Assembly: GCA_031553595.1 (NCBI GenBank) | Contig: JAVBLI010000016.1 | Coordinates: forward strand, 61,773-125,772 | DNA length: 64,000 bases | Reading direction: 5' to 3' | Source of the DNA: Thermoguttaceae bacterium | GTDB lineage: Bacteria; Planctomycetota; Planctomycetia; Pirellulales; Thermoguttaceae | Part shown: one piece after another, positions 37,765 through 45,650 of the stretch | How the letters are laid out: every line of letters starts with the position of its first letter | Numbering within the stretch: the stretch's first letter is position 1 | Translations under genes and position numbers: made by a program | The notes under the pieces: model-generated | What the model was told of the DNA's origin: nothing | What the model saw: the letters and a program-made list of their open reading frames with translations, nothing else | The model's database searches: none

Positions 37765-38517
37765 TTAGGAATTAGAAATGAAAAAGAGATGCTTCAAGAG
37801 GATGAAAATTACGCCAAGAAGGATACCGGCTGCGATAACCTTCGCCCATTCGTAAAACGATGTGGGCTTTTCATCATCATAGTGAATATAGCATTTTGGG
37901 AGAAGGGCTTTCAGTGGTAAAAAACCAAAAAACCATGTGACGCGGTCACAGCCCCAAATGTTCAGCTCACGCAACTGCGGCGTATGGCGGCAAAGGCGGA
38001 GCAGGCCAAGATCGGTGATTCGTTGGCAACCAAAAAAGTTCAGTTTTTTTAATTGTGTCATGCGATGAAGGTTGGCCAAGCCAGCGCCAGTGATACGATC
38101 GCATCCCGCAAGATTCAACTCCTGCATCTGCGTCATGCCGCGAAGATGAGTCAACCCGGCATTTGTAATGCGATCACATCCGTAAAGGCCCAATTTACGC
38201 ATTTTTGTCATGCCGCGAAGGTTGGCCAGCCCGGCATTGGTGATGCGATGGTACCACCCCAGATCCAACTCCTCCAGCTGTGTCATGTCGTGCAAGTAGT
38301 GTAACCCGGCGTCCGTGAGTCGATTGAAGTCCCCCAGACATCCGACCAGCCGATATTCATTCGGATTGAGAGACAACGTCCGCACCTTCGGCAACTGTGC
38401 AAGGTACGCGGCATCCTCATCAGAGATATCGTCCGTGGTATAGGCCTGGTCTTCATAGATACACAGCCATTCCGGCAACTCGACTTTGTTTTCGAATGGG
38501 GTATCGGGAGTATTCAT
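37765..38517 (-). CDS. tail-anchored leucine-rich-repeat protein (cysteine-containing, RNI/F-box-type LRRs)
   Basis: True start is MNTPDTPFENK (ATG 38517..38515), overlapping the ATPase stop as ATGA. Six or so ~25-aa repeats of the type L..L.L.GC.RITNAGLA.L..MT. C-terminal TM helix VIAAGILLGVIFILLKHLFFI. Confidence 0.75.
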   Translation of the reverse strand: MNTPDTPFENKVELPEWLCIYEDQAYTTDDISDEDAAYLAQLPKVRTLSLNPNEYRLVGCLGDFNRLTDAGLHYLHDMTQLEELDLGWYHRITNAGLANLRGMTKMRKLGLYGCDRITNAGLTHLRGMTQMQELNLAGCDRITGAGLANLHRMTQLKKLNFFGCQRITDLGLLRLCRHTPQLRELNIWGCDRVTWFFGFLPLKALLPKCYIHYDDEKPTSFYEWAKVIAAGILLGVIFILLKHLFFISNS

Positions 38518-39872
38518 TTTTCGTCTTTCATTTCCAGTCGCCGGATGCGTGCATCGGCGGCGATGAGTTTGGGTTCGGAGCGGCGGTACTGGCGGATTTC
38601 CTCGATCAGGGCTTTTGCCTCGTTCAGGCGGCGACGCTCGATAAGCTCGAACAGCCGCAGGAGTTTGCGCTCCTCGTCGGCGTCGCGCGAGGGGACGTCC
38701 ATGATGTCTTCGAGGATTTCGTTGGTGGTCATGCCGAAAGATTCCTCGGGGCGGCGGGTCTGTACGATGCCGTTGTCGTCCATGTAAAAGAGGATGATGC
38801 TTTGGGGGTGGACGTGGCCGAGGATTTGCGGCGAGTGCGTCGCGACGATGAACTGGCAGTTCGGGAAAACTTTTTGCAGCTTCGGGACGATGGTCCGCTG
38901 TCGCTGGGGATGGAGATGCAGATCGATTTCGTCGATCATGACGATTCCCTCGCCGTCGAGCGGGTTCTCGAGGGTGGGATTGGCGATCGACAGCCGCCGC
39001 GCGATGTCGCCGACCATAGCCAGGAGGCTTTTTTCGCCGTCGGAAAGCTGGCTGATGCTGAACGTCACGCCGTTCTTGGTGGCCTCCAGCCGCAGCGGAT
39101 TCATCTCGATCGAAAAATCGGACAGCTCGGGCATGAACTGATGCCACGTATAACGCACTGCCTCGAGCTGACGATCTTTGAAATCCAGTGGCATCGACGA
39201 AAGGTCGACCTGCGTGAGGTCTTTGCCCGTGCGGCGCATCTCATTGCGGATACGCTCCTCGTTTTGCCGCATGATCCGGCGGAATTCCTTGTCCTCCAGA
39301 CTTTCCCGCTCACGCATCCATTCCAGCAGTACTTTGTAATCCGCCTTGCACGAAAGCGCGTCGCGGTAGACGCTCAGCAGTGAGAAGTCGGTGTCGGTGC
39401 GGATGAACTTCGGGAAACTCAGGGCCACGCGGCTGGCCTGGTAATAAATGATAATCGGCACGGAACACTTGTCGAGCGTCGCGGCCATTTGATTCCGGAT
39501 GGCCCCGGTGAATTCCCGCATGGGGTGGCAGTCGGCGGGGAAAGCGTCCAGCTCGGGATTCTTCTTCGCCCCGACGGCGTACTTCGAAATCGTCGCGCCG
39601 TACGGGCCTTGCTGGGCAAGTTCGTTGACGGTGATGAAGATTTTCGAGAATTTTTTCCCGGCGGAAATATCCAGGACGCCGATATTCCGGCCAGTGTTTT
39701 TCCCCGTACGAATCATGGAAACCACCCGCGAAAAAATAATCGCCAGCGCGTCGAGCATCGACGATTTACCCGCGCCGTTCGCACCCACCAAAACGTTCAT
39801 CCGGGGATGCAGGTCGAGCGACAATTCGTGAATGCCGCGGAAATGAGTGATTTCGAGTTTCTGAATGTTCAT
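38514..39872 (-). CDS. ABC/SMC-like AAA ATPase (AAA_15/AAA_21, COG3950-like class)
   Basis: Start at MNIQKLEITHFRGIHELSLDL. Walker A GANGAGKSS, signature-like LSDGEKS, Walker B IVMIDEIDLHLHP and H-loop ATHSPQ. Long helical insert between the lobes. No nuclease motif recognised in the short C-terminal helical tail. Confidence 0.8.
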   Translation of the reverse strand: MNIQKLEITHFRGIHELSLDLHPRMNVLVGANGAGKSSMLDALAIIFSRVVSMIRTGKNTGRNIGVLDISAGKKFSKIFITVNELAQQGPYGATISKYAVGAKKNPELDAFPADCHPMREFTGAIRNQMAATLDKCSVPIIIYYQASRVALSFPKFIRTDTDFSLLSVYRDALSCKADYKVLLEWMRERESLEDKEFRRIMRQNEERIRNEMRRTGKDLTQVDLSSMPLDFKDRQLEAVRYTWHQFMPELSDFSIEMNPLRLEATKNGVTFSISQLSDGEKSLLAMVGDIARRLSIANPTLENPLDGEGIVMIDEIDLHLHPQRQRTIVPKLQKVFPNCQFIVATHSPQILGHVHPQSIILFYMDDNGIVQTRRPEESFGMTTNEILEDIMDVPSRDADEERKLLRLFELIERRRLNEAKALIEEIRQYRRSEPKLIAADARIRRLEMKDEK

Positions 39873-39927
39873 GGCGTGGGGATGGGGCGTGTGGATTGTG
39901 GATGGTGGACGGGGGATACAATATTTA

Positions 39928-39956
39928 ATTGTATAATGGATGGTGGAAAAAAGCAA
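39928..39956 (-). promoter_or_regulatory. candidate promoter for the ATPase-LRR-helicase operon
   Basis: On the minus strand: TTGCTT (39956-39951), 17-nt spacer, TACAAT (39933-39928), about 55 nt upstream of ATG 39872. Confidence 0.25.
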
Positions 39957-40371
39957 GATTGGACGGAGGCGGAGATGGGAAAGCGTGTCATGGTGTACGA
40001 ATAGATTTTTAAATTTTGAGTGCATTTCCCATTTCCCATTCCCCATTCACAAACCACAAACCCCTATCCACGCTCCGTACGCTATTCGTTCGCCCGGGTT
40101 TTGTCGGTGGTAGCGGCGGTGTAATCGCTATATTTTAAGATTTTTTCTGCAAAAAACCATTTTTTTTCTAAAAAAACCTGTTGTTTCTGCGCCACGGCCA
40201 ATAAAAAATAGTAAAATAGAATAAAGGTAATAAAACGCAGAATCGCTCCCCGCTGTTTTCAGCGCATGGGGTGAAATCCAGACGGACATGCATGGTGGCG
40301 TATGTCCGGAGATGCAAAAATGGTTTCTGTACGTTCTTTTCCATTCACATTTTATTAGGGAAGGTGAAATA

Positions 40372-41751
40372 ATGAAAGCGACAAAACCCACAAAGATGTT
40401 ATTTTTGGTGGCGTTTTTCGTGTGTTTGACATGCAAAAGCGCTACCGCAGAATGCTGTACGTCGGTTTCGGCGGCCCAGGTGGTCGCTGATTACGCTGTT
40501 ACGTCGTGCGAAATTCCGACGACCACGTATAAAGTCGTCTGCGAAACGGTTTATGACGAGCAGAAAGTGGTACGGTATAAACCCGTCTGGGAAACGGAAA
40601 TCCGCCAGCGGCCGTACACTGTCTCGCGCCAGGTGCCGGAAACGGCGATGAAGGTGGAGCGGTACAAGGTTCGCGTGCCGGTGACGGACGTGGAAATTCG
40701 CGATTACAGTTATGAGCGCGTACGTTATGTGCCGGAAACGGCCATGAAGGACGAAATTTCGTATGTCATGCGGCCGGTCTGCCGAACGTATGAAAAAGAT
40801 GAAGTTTATACGGTCAGTCGCCCGGTGCAGGAAACATGCATGCAGACCCGGCAGGTGACGGTGAATAAGCAGGTCACGTCTTACGAAACGAAGTACGTGG
40901 ATCAGGGGGCGTACACGGACCAGTTGGTGCTGAAGCCGAATAACGGGCCGTTTTCGAACCGCCTGAAGTTCCAGGAAGCGAAAGTCTGCACGGACCCGGT
41001 GACGGGCGAAGTGGAGAAGCAGCGTGCGGGGCTTTACTGGGTGCCGAGTAATAAAGGCCGGTACGAGGTGTCCAAGATTTGGGTGCCGAATCCGCAGCCG
41101 GTGCAGGTGCCGCGGACGTACACGGTGCCGGAAACGGTGTGCGAGCAGGTGCCGGTGACCAGCACGCGTTACATTCAGGAGCAGGTGGTGCGGAAAGTGC
41201 CCGTGACAGTAACGGAAATGGTGCGCGAGCAGGTGGTGCGGAAAGTGCCGCACACGACGATGAAGCCGGTGCGCGAAGTGGTGGAGAACAAGGTGCCCGT
41301 GAAGGTCTGCCGCTGGCAGGAGGAAGAGCGGGTGCGGGAAGTGCCTTACACGAGCTGGAAAACCATCTGCGAGCAGCAGGTGGAAGAGTACCAGGTGAAG
41401 GTGTGCAAGATGGTGGCGGAAGAGCAGGTCTGCCGCACGCCGCGGGTGGTGCAGCGGTATGTTCCGCTGGACGCCATGGGGTGTGAAATCATGACGCCGG
41501 CCCCGAGGATCGTTTCGCCCACCCCGGCTGTGGGTGCGGCGGCGCAGGAACCGTCCATTTTGACAGGCGATTCAGACATGCCCGCGCCGTCCCTGGCGCC
41601 GGATGCCGGCGGTGGAAAGCAGACGTATGAATCGTCGGAAGGATATAAAGTGAACTCCGTGCTGCTCCCGGATGAAGGGGCGGCGAAAGCCCCGGTGAAG
41701 ACGGGCGTCGCGCCGATCCCGGCCGCGAAAGATGATGTGCCGGTGCTTTAA
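40372..41751 (+). CDS. secreted YTV-repeat protein
   Basis: Signal peptide MKATKPTKMLFLVAFFVCLTCKSATA. Repeated units of the type (R/V)(P)YTV.R.VPET..(K/Q)..RY (RPYTVSRQVPETAMKVERYKV, VYTVSRPVQETCMQTRQV, RTYTVPETVCEQVPVTSTRY), as in the planctomycete YTV domain (from memory). Confidence 0.7.
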   Translation: MKATKPTKMLFLVAFFVCLTCKSATAECCTSVSAAQVVADYAVTSCEIPTTTYKVVCETVYDEQKVVRYKPVWETEIRQRPYTVSRQVPETAMKVERYKVRVPVTDVEIRDYSYERVRYVPETAMKDEISYVMRPVCRTYEKDEVYTVSRPVQETCMQTRQVTVNKQVTSYETKYVDQGAYTDQLVLKPNNGPFSNRLKFQEAKVCTDPVTGEVEKQRAGLYWVPSNKGRYEVSKIWVPNPQPVQVPRTYTVPETVCEQVPVTSTRYIQEQVVRKVPVTVTEMVREQVVRKVPHTTMKPVREVVENKVPVKVCRWQEEERVREVPYTSWKTICEQQVEEYQVKVCKMVAEEQVCRTPRVVQRYVPLDAMGCEIMTPAPRIVSPTPAVGAAAQEPSILTGDSDMPAPSLAPDAGGGKQTYESSEGYKVNSVLLPDEGAAKAPVKTGVAPIPAAKDDVPVL

Positions 41752-41883
41752 AACAGCGCCGATAAAATGAAGGGCCTTTCCTGATGGTGGCAGGCTGCAT
41801 GCTGTAAGCTCATGGCTTATCGTGTGTAGCCTGTCGTCATTTGTAACCTTTTTGAGCAACTATCAGATGGAATCTATTCGCAA

Positions 41884-41991
41884 GAACAGCAGCCGCTAGC
41901 GCAGAAACCGGATTGAAGTGGGAAAAATTCCGACTACTCTATCCGGTCTCTGCGCGTCACTCCGTTCCGCTGCGCTCCCTGCTGCTGTTTC
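41884..41991. repeat. long palindromic intergenic repeat, family E, copy 5
   Basis: gaacagcagccgctagcgcagaaaccggat tgaagtgggaaaaattccgactactct atccggtctctgcgcgtcactccgttccgctgcgctccctgctgctgttt. Lies between convergent genes. Confidence 0.75.
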
Positions 41992-42098
41992 GTGAATGCA
42001 TGAACCGGGCGGCGGTTACAAAAAAAGACCGGCCGGGCACATGCGCGTCACCCGACCGGCTTCTTTCATGAAACACTTCACGAGAGAGAAGTTTCCGA

Positions 42099-43355
42099 TT
42101 ATCTCTGTTTCGCCTCGGCCGCCTCTCGCCGGAATTCGCCGGGCGTTTTCTGGATGGCACGTTTCAGGGAAATGCATAAATGCGAAACGCTACGAAAACC
42201 CGTCCGGCGGGCGATTTCTTCCAGCGTGTAAGAGGTCTCGGCCAGCAACCGCTGCGTGGTCTCCACCTGCACTCGCAAAATTTCGGCGTGTGGCGAACGC
42301 TTCAAAATCTGATGAAATTTCCGCTCCAGCGTCCGTCGCGGCAGCCCCGTGGCGGCGATTAAATCCTCCACTCGCAGCCCCTGACACGCCTGTTCGCGGA
42401 TGAGTTTCATCGCGCACAGCAGTTGCGGATCCTGAACCGTCTGCGGATTACTCGATTCCCGGGTCACGATTTTCGCGGGGGATATGAGGGATGGCAGGCG
42501 GTGCGCGGTTTCCTGGCCGCGGAACAGGCCGTCAAAATACTTCGCCGCTTCCCAGCCGAAACGCTTTCCGTCGGTGGAAATACTGGACAGGGCCGGTGAA
42601 ACGCTTTCGCACAGGGCGGAATCGTTATCCGTGCCAAGCACCGCGACTTCACTTGGCACGAGGCACTTCAATTTTTGGGCCGCCTCCATCGCCCGCAGCG
42701 CCAGGGCGTCATGAAACGCAAAAATTCCCAGCGGTTTCGGCAGCTTTTGGATCAGTCGTTCGAGATGAAGCTGCTGCTGATCATACGTTTCTCCGTCCGG
42801 CGAATCGCCCAGCAGACGCATCACGGGCCGCAGCCCCAGCGGACGCGCTTCTTCAAAAAACGCCTCCGCGCGGATTTCGCTGGCCGCGTGATTCGGCGAG
42901 CCGAGATAAAGCAGATGGCGAATGCCCTGCGACGCGAAATGCTCCACGGCCAGGTGCGCGACTTTTTGATGATCGTAATAAACGGTGGGGAAGCCGAAAC
43001 GGTGTTCGTCGCCGATATCCAGCACCCAGGAAGCCCGGCGGGCGTTTTCCCGCACAAAATCCGCGTGGTCCGTGCGGACGATCATCCCGTCCCCCTCCCA
43101 GTGCTGAAAACGCGGGGGCAGGGCGGCGCCGGTAAAACAGCATTCGGGGAAAGAAAGGCTCCAGTGCGGAGCCGAGCTTTTCTGATAATCCAGGATTCCC
43201 TGTAAAATTTCCCGCCCGAAAAACATACTCGTGTCCACGAAAACCGCGATTTTCCGCGTTGCATGCTGAGCGCTGGCGCTGCGCAAATGGCGAAGGGAGT
43301 GCCGGTCGTCACGAAAAGGAGGTATCGGAGCTGATTCGGAAGCACGCGAGATCAT
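42099..43355 (-). CDS. XylR-like transcriptional regulator (periplasmic-binding-protein-type sugar sensor + AraC HTH)
   Basis: The N-terminal two-thirds resemble a LacI/PBP-type fold (KIAVFVDTSMFFGREILQGILDY). The C-terminal AraC-type HTH reads LIAATGLPRRTLERKFHQILKRSPHAEI...IARRTGFRSVSHLCISLKRAIQKTPGEFR. Confidence 0.75.
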   Translation of the reverse strand: MISRASESAPIPPFRDDRHSLRHLRSASAQHATRKIAVFVDTSMFFGREILQGILDYQKSSAPHWSLSFPECCFTGAALPPRFQHWEGDGMIVRTDHADFVRENARRASWVLDIGDEHRFGFPTVYYDHQKVAHLAVEHFASQGIRHLLYLGSPNHAASEIRAEAFFEEARPLGLRPVMRLLGDSPDGETYDQQQLHLERLIQKLPKPLGIFAFHDALALRAMEAAQKLKCLVPSEVAVLGTDNDSALCESVSPALSSISTDGKRFGWEAAKYFDGLFRGQETAHRLPSLISPAKIVTRESSNPQTVQDPQLLCAMKLIREQACQGLRVEDLIAATGLPRRTLERKFHQILKRSPHAEILRVQVETTQRLLAETSYTLEEIARRTGFRSVSHLCISLKRAIQKTPGEFRREAAEAKQR

Positions 43356-43464
43356 AAATATACGTCAATCTTGCCAGTTGAATAAAATTAGAATTACCTT
43401 CTCCGGGAACGATTTCTTTACGTCATGGTCATATGGATGGTTCATGAAAATCAGCCTTTAAAAA

Positions 43465-43494
43465 CAAAAAACCCAGAGATCGTGACGGTCTGGG
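43465..43494 (-). terminator. possible weak intrinsic terminator after the flotillin gene
   Basis: On the minus strand: cccaga-(11 nt)-tctggg followed by TTTTTTGTTTTT. The stem is only 6 bp. Confidence 0.3.
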
Positions 43495-43550
43495 ACGGTC
43501 GCGACGACTCCGGGTAATTTACGTATTTTTACAGTTTTACGGCCTTTTGC

Positions 43551-45146
43551 CTATTTTGCACTTGGCGCGTCGGTGTCTTTATCCGTTTTGGGCTTCTGTT
43601 CGCCTTCCTGCGATTTCAGGGAGGAAACCAGGTCGATTCCGGCCACGTCTTTCATCACCTCCAGCATCGGGGGCAGGGTTTTGGCCATGCCGGTGAGCCA
43701 GTTGGCGGTGGCGCTGCCGTTTTCAGCGGATCCGTTGCCGTCCCAGACGACGACTTTATCGAATTTGATGCTCGAAATAGCGGTTGCGGACGCCTCGATG
43801 AGGTTGTCGAAATGTTCCAGCATCATCATCCGGAAGGCGGCGTCGGCACTGCCGCAGGCTTCGATGATGGAGCGGAAACCTTCGCCCTTTTTGGCGAGCA
43901 TTTCGTATTCGCCGCGGGCTTTGGCTTCCATCTCCGCGAAGATCGCTTTCGCCATACCCTCGGCCTCAATCCGATGACGCTCGGCTTCCGCCTCCGCCTC
44001 GACGATCCGCTTCGCCTTCTCGGCTTTCGCGGGAGCTTCCAGCGCCGCACGGCGCTCGGCTTCAATGCGCTCGGCTTCCGCCACAGCCGCTTTCGCACGG
44101 GCATGGTGCCCCGCCTCGGCGACGGCCGCTTCCGCGATGGCCCGCTTCGTTTCGCCCAGCTCGAACGCCTCCGCCTCCGCCATTTGTAGCTTCGCGCGGC
44201 TCGCGGCGATGTCCGCCTTCGAAAGGTTTTCACCCTCCACGGCCCGCGCGATCGCGTCCGCGTTCTGAATACGCATATCCCGCTCGGCACGCTTGATTTC
44301 TGCCTCTTTCTCGAAGACGGAACGCTGCTCGCCGATGTTCTGCTCTTTTTCCAGTTCCGCCACACGCACCGCCCGCTCGCGCTCCGCTTCCCGCGTGCCG
44401 ATGTTCCGGATTTTGTCGGCGTTCGCCACCGCGATCTGCTTTTCACGCTCGGCATCCGCCACACGCACGGCACCCATTTTTTCGTTGTCGGCCACGTCGC
44501 CGCGCGCCTTCTGAATCGCTTCGCTGGCCGCCTTCTGGCCGATGGCCTCGATATAACCCGACTCGTCCGTGATGTCCGTGATGTTCACGTTAATCAGCAC
44601 CAGCCCGATTTTCCGCAGCTCCGGCTCCAGCGAATGCTGAATGCTGGTGAGAAACTGGTCGCGGTCGCGGTTAATATGCTCGATCGGCATCGACGCGATC
44701 ACCTGCCGCAATTGCCCGAAGATGATGTCTTCCGACTGCTTCTTGATTTCCTGCGGTTTCAGGCCCAAAAGCCGCACGGCCGCGTTCTGCATCAGCTCGT
44801 GGGACGTGCCGATGGCGACGGTGAACACGCTGGGCACGTTCACACGTATATTCTCCAGAGAGAGTGCGCCCTTGAGCGGAATTTCGATCTGCATGGGCTC
44901 CAGACTCAGCCAGGCGTAATCCTGGATGAAGGGCATGACAAATCGCGCCCCGCCGGCGATGCACGTGGCCGCCTGATCGCCTTTCGTCCAGCCGAAAATC
45001 ACCAGGATCCGGTTACTGGGGCAGCGTTTATAGAACCGCGCGATGAACAGGTACAAAGAAAACAGCAGAATGACCGCCACGATGACGATGCCTGTGTAAA
45101 GCATCTGCTGCGAAGGATTGAGGAAGCCAAAGAGAGTGGACATCAT
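43551..45146 (-). CDS. flotillin-family SPFH/band-7 protein
   Basis: N-terminal TM helix, an SPFH domain, then a long Ala/Glu-rich coiled-coil (flotillin repeats AEAEA..RA..AE). 531 aa. Confidence 0.85.
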   Translation of the reverse strand: MMSTLFGFLNPSQQMLYTGIVIVAVILLFSLYLFIARFYKRCPSNRILVIFGWTKGDQAATCIAGGARFVMPFIQDYAWLSLEPMQIEIPLKGALSLENIRVNVPSVFTVAIGTSHELMQNAAVRLLGLKPQEIKKQSEDIIFGQLRQVIASMPIEHINRDRDQFLTSIQHSLEPELRKIGLVLINVNITDITDESGYIEAIGQKAASEAIQKARGDVADNEKMGAVRVADAEREKQIAVANADKIRNIGTREAERERAVRVAELEKEQNIGEQRSVFEKEAEIKRAERDMRIQNADAIARAVEGENLSKADIAASRAKLQMAEAEAFELGETKRAIAEAAVAEAGHHARAKAAVAEAERIEAERRAALEAPAKAEKAKRIVEAEAEAERHRIEAEGMAKAIFAEMEAKARGEYEMLAKKGEGFRSIIEACGSADAAFRMMMLEHFDNLIEASATAISSIKFDKVVVWDGNGSAENGSATANWLTGMAKTLPPMLEVMKDVAGIDLVSSLKSQEGEQKPKTDKDTDAPSAK

Positions 45147-45650
45147 GGGTTACCTCCTTTATTTGTTAAAATTAGTGCGTATCCTTTTCAGGAATGTTAT
45201 ACCTGTATTATAATCGGTTTATTTTGTAATGTCGAGCGTTTCGTCGGAATTTTTTAGCTAAAAGTCGCGATTTTATTATTTTTATTATTTTGACGCGGCG
45301 ATGTGGGCAGATTTGGCCGGTTTCGGGCAGTTTAAGGCCGGTGCATGGCGAAAAAAGAAAAATAGCGCGCTGACAAATGCGCAAACGGCCAGTTTCATGC
45401 CCCGCAGTTCCTTCCGCACAGGCCATAAAATAGGCGGAATATGCTACCCGGGGGGTTATCTCTCGTTTTTCAAAAAAGAAATGTCGATAAAAAAGTCAAA
45501 ATGGGAAGATCGTATAAAAAAACTCAGGGATTCATGTGAAAATTTGTATCCGCGGGGAGATTTTCTTGTTATAATGGAAAAGCAAACCGCTTTGTCGCGG
45601 TTTATCCCCTGTTATTTAATTTATTTTAATTTTAATGGTGAGATTCGGGT

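Noticed and set aside
38518-39147. N-terminal 210 codons of the 460-aa ORF 37765..39147 (-), rich in Arg/Pro/His.
   Set aside because: It lies entirely inside the ATPase gene in another frame. The LRR protein has a clean start (MNTPD) at the ATGA junction with the ATPase stop.
35519-39872. Calling the ATPase + UvrD-like helicase a Gabija (GajA/GajB) system.
   Set aside because: The ATPase is only 452 aa, and I see no TOPRIM-like acidic motifs after the ATPase lobes. An LRR gene is interposed. The helicase is a full-length canonical UvrD/PcrA rather than the shorter GajB type. It is kept as an unclassified candidate instead.
39873-40075. Word-repeat tracts ggggatggggcgtgtggattgtggatggtgg (39877-39907) and cccatttcccattccccattcacaaaccacaaacccctatccac (40028-40071), considered as another hairpin element.
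   Set aside because: The two tracts are only loosely complementary and lie about 150 nt apart. I could not convince myself of a stable stem. They are noted as compositionally similar to the other word-repeat elements, not as a feature.
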